From a virus (lineage: Duplodnaviria; Caudoviricetes), in IMG/VR virus record IMGVR_UViG_3300010367_000142, positions 1 through 52,606 of that record: a DNA stretch of 52,606 nt; one strand, given 5' to 3'. The notes under the pieces were generated by a model, which made no database searches, was not told the DNA's origin, and saw only the letters and a list, made by a program, of their open reading frames with translations. Positions 45,096-52,606 of the stretch are shown here, piece after piece (position 1 is the first letter of the stretch; each line of letters starts with the position of its first letter). The position numbers and the translations under genes were made by a program.

Positions 45096-45880
45096 TGGTG
45101 GCCGATCCGGCGGCGCCGCAGAAGTACCGCAGCGTTCAGGCGCTGCTGGCGGCTCGGATGGCGCAGCATGTTCTGCGCGTGTGGCGGGATCTGATGAACC
45201 CGGCGAAGGTGGATGCCTCGTGGCCGGCGGTGCGGGCGGCGTTGATGCCGATCGTGCAGCAGGCCCGTGAGCAGTCCGCCGTGCTCGCCCGGGCCGCTTA
45301 CGTGGATGCGCGGCAGGATGCGGGCGTTCCGGATGACGGGTTCGTTCCGTCGGGGCCGCTGCAGTTGGCGATCGACCGCCTCGAGGCCACGCTCGACGTG
45401 ACTGGTCCGGTGGAGTTCAAGAAGGCGATCGCCGCCGGGAAGACACCGCAGCAGGCGCTGGATGCCGCAGCGGTGCGCATGGTGGGCTCCACCCAGTACC
45501 TGGCCCTCGAGGGCGGCCGGTCGGTGATGAAGCAGTCCACCGACGCCGATGAGCGAGCAACGGGCTGGTCGCGGGTCACGGACAGCAATCCGTGCCACTG
45601 GTGCGCCATGCTCGCCTCCCGCGGGCCCGTCTACAAGTCGGCGAAGACTGCCGGTGACCCGCGCCAGGGCGGCAACCGCTACCACGACCATTGCGCTTGC
45701 CAAGCGTGGCCGGCCTTCACGCTCGACGAGCCGTTCATCGGCATCGCCGAGGGTTTGTACGACGACTGGCTGCGCGTGACGCGAGGCCGCGGAGGCAAGC
45801 ACGCCGTCAACGCGTTCCGGCGCTGGTGGGAAGCCGAAGGCCGGGCCGACTACGCGGCCCCGGACCGCCCCACCACCTAG
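45095..45880 (+). CDS. Minor capsid / MuF-like head maturation protein
   Basis: GWSRV..PCHWCAMLASRG..YHDHCAC. Confidence 0.8.
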   Translation: MVADPAAPQKYRSVQALLAARMAQHVLRVWRDLMNPAKVDASWPAVRAALMPIVQQAREQSAVLARAAYVDARQDAGVPDDGFVPSGPLQLAIDRLEATLDVTGPVEFKKAIAAGKTPQQALDAAAVRMVGSTQYLALEGGRSVMKQSTDADERATGWSRVTDSNPCHWCAMLASRGPVYKSAKTAGDPRQGGNRYHDHCACQAWPAFTLDEPFIGIAEGLYDDWLRVTRGRGGKHAVNAFRRWWEAEGRADYAAPDRPTT

Positions 45881-46023
45881 ATCTCCCCATGCTGGGGGCC
45901 GCCTGTGGGCGGCTTCCTGAATCAGCTCAACCCGAGGCGCGTGCCGGCACGGTGCGCGCCTTCGCCATGCCCACTCTGCGTCAGCCGTCAGGCGGGCGCA
46001 CGTCCCGACACGGGAGCACCCAC

Positions 46024-46665
46024 ATGTCCACGCCCACCCAGGAGCCCGCTGGCGCCACGCCGGCCGTTCCGACCCCTGCCGAGGCTGTCGCAGCCGGACA
46101 GATCCCCGCACAAGCCCCGACTCCTGCCACCGCGTCGCCTTCCTCTGCATCTCCCGTGCAGCCCGCCGAAAGCGGGAAGTCGGCGGAGCCGACGGACTGG
46201 GAGGCCGAAGCGGCGAAGTGGAAGTCGCTGGCCCGCCGCCACGAGGGCAAGCACCTCGACGCACTGGGCTTCAAGTCGAGAGACGAGATCGAGCAGCTGC
46301 GGCAGTCCGCGCAGAAATACTCGGAGTTCGAGGAGACGCAGAAAACCGAGATCCAGAAGGCGACCGAACGGGCGCAAACCTTCGAGCAGCAGCTCGCGGA
46401 CGAGCGCGCACAGAACGCCCGCCTGCTGGCGGCGGCGACACACAACATCCCGCCGGAACTCATCGAACTCCTCGGGTCCGGCACCGCCGAGCAGATCGGC
46501 GCGCGGGCCGAGGTGCTTGCCGAGCGACTCAAGGCAGCGGCCCCGCCACCGGCCCCCGCTTCTCAGCGGCCGGTGGAGTCCCTCACGCCCGGCGCGGCCC
46601 CTTCATCGGCGGCGCCCGTCACTGCGGACGACTGGATCCGCCGGATGGCCCGCAACAAGACCTGA
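46024..46665 (+). CDS. Capsid scaffolding protein
   Basis: Pro/Ala-rich start, DWEAEAAKWKSLARRHE, coiled-coil; precedes capsid. Confidence 0.82.
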   Translation: MSTPTQEPAGATPAVPTPAEAVAAGQIPAQAPTPATASPSSASPVQPAESGKSAEPTDWEAEAAKWKSLARRHEGKHLDALGFKSRDEIEQLRQSAQKYSEFEETQKTEIQKATERAQTFEQQLADERAQNARLLAAATHNIPPELIELLGSGTAEQIGARAEVLAERLKAAAPPPAPASQRPVESLTPGAAPSSAAPVTADDWIRRMARNKT

Positions 46666-46736
46666 TCTGACATTCGCAGCACCGGAATCTCCCATGTCAC
46701 GGGGCCGGGGTCGCTGCTCTTCCGGAAGGAGCCCCC

Positions 46737-47687
46737 GTGGCCACGTACAACTCTCTGATCTCTCGGGATGCCAGCAACGATCCGCTGGTGCCCGAGCCGG
46801 TCTCCAAGGAGATCATCCAGGAGCTGCCGACCCAGTCGGCGGTGCTGCAACTCGCCCGCCAGGTCCCGATGTCGACGAAGACGCAGAGGCAGCCCGTCCT
46901 CGACGTCATGCCGATCGCCTACTTCGTGGGCGGCGACACCGGTCTGAAGCAGACGTCGGCGCAGGACTGGAAGAACGTCGACCTGATCGTCGAGGAGATG
47001 GCGACGATCGTCCCGATCCCCGAGGCGTACCTCGACGACGCACAGGTGCCGATCTGGGACGAGGTGAAGCCCCGGCTGGTGGAGGCGCTCGGCGCTCTCC
47101 TGGACGGGGCGGCCCTGTTCGGCACGAACAAGCCGTCCACGTGGCCGACTGCCGTCTACCAGTCGGCGGTCGCCGCGGGCAACGCGGTCATCGCGGGCAC
47201 GGGCGACGACTTCGCGCAGGACGTGTCGAACACGGCCGAGCTGGTCACCCGGGACGGCTTCGCAGTCAACGGGTTCGTGGCCCGTCCGGGCCTGAACTGG
47301 AAGCTCGTCGGCATGCGGTCGACCGAAGGCATCCCGATCTACCAGCCGAACCTGGACGGGCGCCCTGGCGGCAACCTGTACGGCTACCCGATGGCGGAGC
47401 TCTCCAACGGCGCCTGGGACATGTCCGAGGCCGAGCTGCTGATGGGCGACTGGAGCAAGGTCATCATCGGGAAGCGGACGGACATCAGCTTCAAGCTGTT
47501 CACCGAGGGTGTCATCTCCGACGACGACGGCAAGGTCATCCTCAACCTGATGCAGCAGGACAGCGTGGCGCTGCGCGTGGTGATGCGGGCGGCGTTCGCC
47601 ACGGCCAACCCGGCGACCCGCCTCAACACCAACGCGGCGACCCGGTCGCCGTTCGGTGTCGTTCAGGCGACCACGGCCGCATCCTGA
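46737..47687 (+). CDS. Major capsid protein (HK97 fold)
   Basis: LVPEPVSKEII..GDWSK..NLMQQDSVALRVVMR; ends QATTAAS. Confidence 0.93.
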   Translation: MATYNSLISRDASNDPLVPEPVSKEIIQELPTQSAVLQLARQVPMSTKTQRQPVLDVMPIAYFVGGDTGLKQTSAQDWKNVDLIVEEMATIVPIPEAYLDDAQVPIWDEVKPRLVEALGALLDGAALFGTNKPSTWPTAVYQSAVAAGNAVIAGTGDDFAQDVSNTAELVTRDGFAVNGFVARPGLNWKLVGMRSTEGIPIYQPNLDGRPGGNLYGYPMAELSNGAWDMSEAELLMGDWSKVIIGKRTDISFKLFTEGVISDDDGKVILNLMQQDSVALRVVMRAAFATANPATRLNTNAATRSPFGVVQATTAAS

Positions 47688-47694
47688 CCCGCAG

Positions 47695-47724
47695 GCGCCG
47701 GCTGGCCGTCGAGTTGGCCGGCGC
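47695..47724 (+). terminator. Hairpin after capsid gene
   Basis: GCGCCGGCTGGC...GTTGGCCGGCGC. Confidence 0.5.
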
Positions 47725-47744
47725 TGGGTAGATCGGAGTTCCTC

Positions 47745-48758
47745 TTGCGGGTTTTGGCGATGTTGCACGCCTATCCTCCGGCTCACAATGCGGGGGCCGA
47801 GTGGGCAGCGCACAGTCTGCTGCGGGAGCTCGCGGCGCGGGGCCATGAGGTCGACGTCCAGTTGTCGCATCCAGCTGCCGCGTCGGCTGGTTACGAGTTG
47901 GACGGGGTGCGCGTACATCCGCACCGAGGCAAGGCGGATCCGGGTCCTTGGATGAAGGGCGAGCGGCGCGCCGATGTGATCGTCACGCATCTGGAGAACA
48001 CGCCGCGCGCCTCGATCCTGGGCGAGCTGAACCGGATTCCGGTGGCGCATCTGCTGCACAACACCTTCGAGAAATCGAAGTCGTGGCTGGTGAAGGGCTC
48101 CCCGTCGCTGGTCGTCTACAACACGGCATGGATGAAAGCGGATGCGGAGGCGTGGTGGCGTGTTCACCGCGGGGATCGGCCGATGCCGTGGGGCATCACC
48201 GTGCACCCTCCGGTCGCTGTCGAGGACTACCAGGCTTCGCCGGGAGACCACATCACCCTGATCAATCTGACGGAAGAGAAGGGCGCCAAGGTCTTCTACG
48301 CGCTCGCGGAGCGCATTCCGCGCCGAAAGTTCCTCGGCGTGATCGGCGGCTACGGACAGCAGATCGTCCGCGACGATCTGCCGAACGTGGAGATCGTGCC
48401 GCACACGCCTGGGGACCGGATGGCGAAGGACGTCTACGCCCGCACCAGGGTCCTCCTGGCGCCGTCCTCATACGAGTCCTACGGGCGCGTCGCGGTCGAA
48501 GCAATGTGCTCCGGCATCCCCGTCGTTGCGCATCCGACCCCAGGGCTCATGGAGTCGCTGGGTGAGGTCGGCATCTTCGCCGACCGGGATGACGTGGATG
48601 CCTGGGAGGCGGCCGTGAAGCGGCTGTTTTCCCCGAAGGTCTTTCCGCAGGCGTCGAAGGCGGCTGCGGCGCGCGCTGCTGGCCTCGACCCGGCAGCCGA
48701 GCTCGACCTTTGGGTCGCGGCGATGGAGGGGGTGGCGAAGCGTGGATCCCCTCGCTAG
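47745..48758 (+). CDS. GT4-family glycosyltransferase 1
   Basis: HNAGAE, EEKG, PSSYESYGRVAVEAMCSGIPVV (EX7E). Confidence 0.9.
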   Translation: MRVLAMLHAYPPAHNAGAEWAAHSLLRELAARGHEVDVQLSHPAAASAGYELDGVRVHPHRGKADPGPWMKGERRADVIVTHLENTPRASILGELNRIPVAHLLHNTFEKSKSWLVKGSPSLVVYNTAWMKADAEAWWRVHRGDRPMPWGITVHPPVAVEDYQASPGDHITLINLTEEKGAKVFYALAERIPRRKFLGVIGGYGQQIVRDDLPNVEIVPHTPGDRMAKDVYARTRVLLAPSSYESYGRVAVEAMCSGIPVVAHPTPGLMESLGEVGIFADRDDVDAWEAAVKRLFSPKVFPQASKAAAARAAGLDPAAELDLWVAAMEGVAKRGSPR

Positions 48759-49374
48759 CCCGACGGATCTCTCGGACCGTCTCGGCAGGCCGTTGACGGT
48801 GGCTGAGGAGGCCCGTGCGCAAGCGTTGCTTGTGGACGCGTCTGCGCTGGTGCGGGCGTACACGGGGCAGGACTTCACCCGCACCGATAACGAAACCGTT
48901 GTGATGCGGGCCCAGCAGGGCGAGATCCGACTGCCGAAACGGCCCGTCATCGACGTCACGGCCGTCGTAGCGGTCGGCGCCGGAGGGGCCCCGGATCTGC
49001 CGGTGACCGGATGGCAGTGGGACGGCATCGACATCGTCCGCACGGCAACCGACAGCCCGGCGATCAATCTGCCCGAGCTCTGGTACGAAGACGAGGCCGA
49101 GGCTTATCCGGGTACCTATCGGGTCACGTACAGCCACGGTGATCCTGCGGTACCCCCTGACGTGGTCGCGATCGTGGCGCGGATGGCTCTGCGCACGATG
49201 ACCGCGCCCACCATGGCGGGCGGCCTCACCGGCGAGACGATCGGCCCCTACAGCTATCGCACCGACGGCTCCGGAGTCGGAACCGCGGTCGTCATGACCG
49301 ACGACGACCGCAAGATGCTCGAACTCGCCGGGTATCGGCGCAAGACCGGCATGTCGATGGTGAGGTGGCGATGA
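48742..49374 (+). CDS. Head-to-tail adaptor
   Basis: PLASPTDL..AQALLVDASALVRAY..VTYSHG..ETIGPYSY. Confidence 0.8.
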   Translation: MDPLASPTDLSDRLGRPLTVAEEARAQALLVDASALVRAYTGQDFTRTDNETVVMRAQQGEIRLPKRPVIDVTAVVAVGAGGAPDLPVTGWQWDGIDIVRTATDSPAINLPELWYEDEAEAYPGTYRVTYSHGDPAVPPDVVAIVARMALRTMTAPTMAGGLTGETIGPYSYRTDGSGVGTAVVMTDDDRKMLELAGYRRKTGMSMVRWR

Positions 49375-50372
49375 CCCGTCCGCTGCGGATCGCGGTCCGC
49401 GTGCACGCGATGCCCCCAGAGCACAACGCCGGCGCCGAACACATGCTGGTGGGGATGCTGCGGCCTCTCGTCGAGCGAGGGCATGACGTGCAGGTGTGGC
49501 TTTCCCAGCTCGGCGAGGCGCGCGAGCCCTACGACTACCGGGACATCCCGGTCGTTCCGCTCGCTTCCCGTCTCGACTTCGGGAGCGCGGTGCGCCGGGC
49601 TGACGTGGTGCTGTCGCACCTGGAATCCGTCCCGACGACAGCCTCACTGTCCCGCGGCTACGGCAAGCCGATGGCCGTGATCTGCCACAACACCTTCCGA
49701 CCCACCTTCCGCGACATGGCCGCCGGTGGCACTGCGCTGGCGGTCTACAACAGCCAGTGGATGGAACGCGAGGCGGAACTGTTCTTCGCCGAATACCCGA
49801 AGGGTGTGCGCCCCGAGCGGTCGCTGATTGTGCGGCCCCCCGTGGTCGCTGCGGAGTATGCGACGAAACCGGGCAGCGCGGTGACGCTCATCAACTGCAA
49901 CCCGGAGAAGGGAGGCAAGGTTCTCGAAGCCCTCGCCCGCCGCATGCCTGAGCAGCGGTTCCTTGCCGTGACCGGTGCCTACGGTGAACAAGCCCTGCCG
50001 GACCTGCCGAACGTCGAGATCCTGGATCACGTTCGCGGTGAGGACATGCGGGAGAGGGTGTATGCGCGCACGAAAGTGCTGCTCATGCCCAGCTCCTACG
50101 AATCGTGGGGCCGAGTCGGCGTAGAGGCGATGGCCAGCGGCATCCCCGTCCTGGCCCACCCCACACCAGGGCTGTGCGAATCGCTCGCCGAGGCCGGCGT
50201 GTTCGCCAACAGAGACGACATCGACGGGTATGAGGCGTCGCTCCGGCGCCTCCTGATGCCCGGCGAATACCGTCTGGCGTCCAAGCGAGCGAAGGCCCGC
50301 AGTGCCGAACTCGACCCAGCCGGAGACCTCGCGGCATGGTGCGACACGGTTGAGGGGGTCGCGCGTGCGTGA
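49371..50372 (+). CDS. GT4-family glycosyltransferase 2
   Basis: HNAGAE, PEKG, PSSYESWGRVGVEAMASGIPVL. Confidence 0.9.
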   Translation: MTRPLRIAVRVHAMPPEHNAGAEHMLVGMLRPLVERGHDVQVWLSQLGEAREPYDYRDIPVVPLASRLDFGSAVRRADVVLSHLESVPTTASLSRGYGKPMAVICHNTFRPTFRDMAAGGTALAVYNSQWMEREAELFFAEYPKGVRPERSLIVRPPVVAAEYATKPGSAVTLINCNPEKGGKVLEALARRMPEQRFLAVTGAYGEQALPDLPNVEILDHVRGEDMRERVYARTKVLLMPSSYESWGRVGVEAMASGIPVLAHPTPGLCESLAEAGVFANRDDIDGYEASLRRLLMPGEYRLASKRAKARSAELDPAGDLAAWCDTVEGVARA

Positions 50373-50718
50373 GCTTCCCTTCGGCGACACGGTCACGATC
50401 CTGCGCCCTGGGCCGCCGACGCGGGATGTCTACCAGAACGACGTCCCCGGAGCCCCGACCGAGATCATCATCCCGGGCTGTGCTGTGGCGCCGCGAGACA
50501 GTACCGGGGCGGGCGCCAACGAGATCGTCGACGCCCGCGACACCGTCATCAGCGGCCTCACCCTGTACGCCCCCTACGGCACAGACATCCGGGCCACAGA
50601 CCGGGTCCGGGTCGGCAGCGACCTGTACGAAGTCGAAGGCCACTCCGGGGCCTTCAGGTCGCCATTCACCGGCTCAACCGGGCCCGTGGTCGTCGCCCTG
50701 GAACTGGTAACCGGCTAG
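50365..50718 (+). CDS. Head-to-tail stopper
   Basis: TVTILR..GCAVAP..LYAPYGTDIRATDRV..YEVEG. Confidence 0.8.
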   Translation: MRELPFGDTVTILRPGPPTRDVYQNDVPGAPTEIIIPGCAVAPRDSTGAGANEIVDARDTVISGLTLYAPYGTDIRATDRVRVGSDLYEVEGHSGAFRSPFTGSTGPVVVALELVTG

Positions 50719-50734
50719 CCCGACGGGAGGGGAC

Positions 50735-51061
50735 ATGGCCGCACGGTTCACGATGAACCGCAAAGGGATCGGCGAGATGCTGTGCATGCCGGGCATGCAG
50801 GCGGAGATGCTGCGTCGCGCCAACGTCATCAAGGGCATCGCCGTCGCGACTTCCCCTGTAGATGAGGGCAGTCCCCGTCCGGGGCACTACAAGGAGTCGT
50901 GGGAGACGGACAGTACGAGCCGCGGTGGGCGCCGCCGGGACCGTGCGGTCGGCTACGTCCGCAACACCGCCTACTACGCCCGCTGGGTGGAGTACGGGAC
51001 CGAGAGGGTCCCCGCCCACCACGTGCTTCTACGGGCGGCGCAACTCGGCGGGCGGAACTGA
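50735..51061 (+). CDS. HK97 gp10-like neck/tail completion protein
   Basis: SPVD..GHYKES..YARWVEYGT. Confidence 0.8.
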   Translation: MAARFTMNRKGIGEMLCMPGMQAEMLRRANVIKGIAVATSPVDEGSPRPGHYKESWETDSTSRGGRRRDRAVGYVRNTAYYARWVEYGTERVPAHHVLLRAAQLGGRN

Positions 51062-51453
51062 TGGCGGTTGTCGGCAGCGTGGACGTCGAGGTCGAACTCG
51101 TAGCCTGGCTGACGGACCGGCTGGACGAGCGAACTCTCACAGATCTTCCCGCGAACCTGGGCGATGTGCTGCCAGTGATCCAGGTCCAGCGGGTGGGTGG
51201 TGGCGACGACGGCATCCGACTGGACCGCGCGTTCGTCGATGTCGACGTGTACGCCGCCAACCGGCAAGCAGCGTCTCAACTCATGAGCCAGACACGCTCC
51301 TTGCTCCTCACCGGGCTGCGGGGCACCGTCACAGCTACGGCAGTGTTCACGTCCGCCCGTACCATCACGGCGCCCGGGTGGCGCGACTACGAGAACCCCA
51401 ACCTGCGCCGCTTCGGCGCCACGTTCGAAATCTTCTGCCACCCGGTCTCCTGA
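51061..51453 (+). CDS. Tail terminator
   Basis: LPVIQVQRVGG..VDVDVYA; position before the major tail gene. Confidence 0.8.
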   Translation: MAVVGSVDVEVELVAWLTDRLDERTLTDLPANLGDVLPVIQVQRVGGGDDGIRLDRAFVDVDVYAANRQAASQLMSQTRSLLLTGLRGTVTATAVFTSARTITAPGWRDYENPNLRRFGATFEIFCHPVS

Positions 51454-51524
51454 CCGCTTTCGGGCCCGCGCCGGACCCCTTCACCACCCGCCCGTGCGCG
51501 GGCTCTTCCACGTCTGGAGACATC

Positions 51525-52109
51525 ATGGTCAACATCACCCGCGCAGCCGACCTTCTGGAGGTCGGCGCGAACGGCGCCGGATGGACTGCTCCGCTCGGCA
51601 CAGCGTCCCCTGGCGACCCGGCTGTTCAGCCGCTGTCGCCGTGGCTCCCGCTGGGCGCCATCTCGGACGACGGCCTCGTTCAGGGCTTCGAGGAGGACTC
51701 GCAGTCCTTCACTCCGTGGGGTTTGACTTCGCCGATCAGGACGTCGATCACGTCCAGCCTGCGGACGTTCAGTCTGACGGCGTGGGAGACGGCCCGGACG
51801 ACGGTGCGGAGCCTGCAGTACCGCATCGATGTCGCGGAGCTGGCGCCGGCGTCGGGTCTGACGTCGTTCGCGGAGACCGCGTCGCCGGTGCCGGACCGGC
51901 GGGCGTTCTGGCTCGCAGTCTTCGACGGAGATCTGCAGCTCGGCTTCTACCTCCCCGAGGCGGAGATCACGGAACGCAGCGACGTCACCCACAAACAAGA
52001 CGAAGTCGCCGGCTTCGAGTGGACGATCACCGCCTACCCGGATGAGTCCGGGAACACGGTGTACCACGCGGACCGCGTCCCGGAGACGGCCACCTACACA
52101 GGCTCCTGA
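51525..52109 (+). CDS. Major tail (tube) protein
   Basis: APLGT..LGAISDDG..EWTITAYPD; ends TATYTGS. Confidence 0.87.
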   Translation: MVNITRAADLLEVGANGAGWTAPLGTASPGDPAVQPLSPWLPLGAISDDGLVQGFEEDSQSFTPWGLTSPIRTSITSSLRTFSLTAWETARTTVRSLQYRIDVAELAPASGLTSFAETASPVPDRRAFWLAVFDGDLQLGFYLPEAEITERSDVTHKQDEVAGFEWTITAYPDESGNTVYHADRVPETATYTGS

Positions 52110-52212
52110 GCTGGTGGGCGGGTCGCAGGCACCCTCTGGGTGCCGCCGTTGGCGCGGGCCCGACCCGTCCACCTTCATTTTTGCCCGCGCCGTGAGATAA
52201 GGAGCCCGCGCC

Positions 52213-52606
52213 GTGGCGACACCACGCAAGACCGCAACCAGCAGGAAGCCCCGTACCGCCGCGAGGGCCGCATCCCGGCCCGCGACCACGCGGCGGACGG
52301 CAGAGCCGGATCTGGAGCCGGACGACGAACTCGAGGTCACGGAGGCCGAGGCGCAGGAGATCGAGGCTGAGGGCCAGTACGTCACCGCGACGCTGTGCGG
52401 TGAGGACGTTCAGATCATCCCGCCGTCGGCGTGGCGCACGTCATGGAACCGCCTCCTGCAGCAGGGCGACTTCGACGCCTTCGCGGTAAAGGTGTTCCAC
52501 CCCGACGACTACGAGCTCTACATGGAACTCGACCCGACGATCACCGAGTTCGTCGAGTTCACCCAGGACGCCACGACCCGAGCCGGTGAGCGCCTGGGAA
52601 ACTCGC
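52213..52606 (+). CDS. Tail assembly chaperone (runs off the window), with slippery site
   Basis: GTG after AAGGAG; open to window end; in-frame G-GGA-AAC at 52596-52602. Confidence 0.8.
   Translation, partial: MATPRKTATSRKPRTAARAASRPATTRRTAEPDLEPDDELEVTEAEAQEIEAEGQYVTATLCGEDVQIIPPSAWRTSWNRLLQQGDFDAFAVKVFHPDDYELYMELDPTITEFVEFTQDATTRAGERLGNS

Larger units (their letters stand above)
1..52606 (+). mobile_element. Interior of a temperate siphovirus prophage (both ends outside the window)
   Basis: Complete terminase-portal-scaffold-capsid-neck-tail gene order at 41569-52606; runs of small overlapping phage-like ORFs upstream; no host housekeeping genes seen. Confidence 0.93.

Noticed and set aside
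1-52606. CRISPR array, tRNA, rRNA, transposase, integrase, reverse transcriptase
   Set aside because: No regularly spaced repeats, cloverleaf or catalytic motifs recognised by eye
1-52606. bldA-dependent TTA codons
   Set aside because: The TTA trinucleotides I checked were out of frame; the scan was manual and not exhaustive

Overview
High-GC actinobacterial DNA (Streptomyces-like by gene content). The whole window reads as the interior of a temperate siphovirus prophage. (1) 27-8780 is a tightly coupled + strand early operon of small hypothetical genes. It includes an HNH endonuclease that appears to have split a gene, a PafBC-type DNA-damage promoter motif, a RiPP-precursor-like peptide and a minimal nucleotidyltransferase. 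(2) About 8846-29245 is an accessory block with two TA pairs (Panacea/RelE-like, HicAB), a GIY-YIG-GntR fusion divergent from a KorSA-like GntR with four shared palindromic operators, and a Streptomyces conjugation module (Xis-like HTH, microprotein array, SpdB-like protein, TraB FtsK translocase, clt-like repeats). No integrase or Rep was recognised in this block. It also holds an orphan Phd/YefM regulator and a lipoprotein. (3) 29346-40694 carries a putative late regulator, a fibre-like gene module, a GT2/methyltransferase/epimerase cluster and a packaging HNH. (4) 40695-52606 carries a candidate cos, a stand-alone prim-pol, the terminases, portal, capsid, two GT4 glycosyltransferases inside the head-neck genes, and tail genes up to the chaperone frameshift. 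The two strongest candidates for something new are a TraB-equipped (conjugative) prophage and a five-enzyme virion glycosylation system whose likely acceptors, the capsid and tail tube, both end in Ser. All family names come from motif recognition by eye, not database searches. Start codons were adjusted by RBS and gene overlap.
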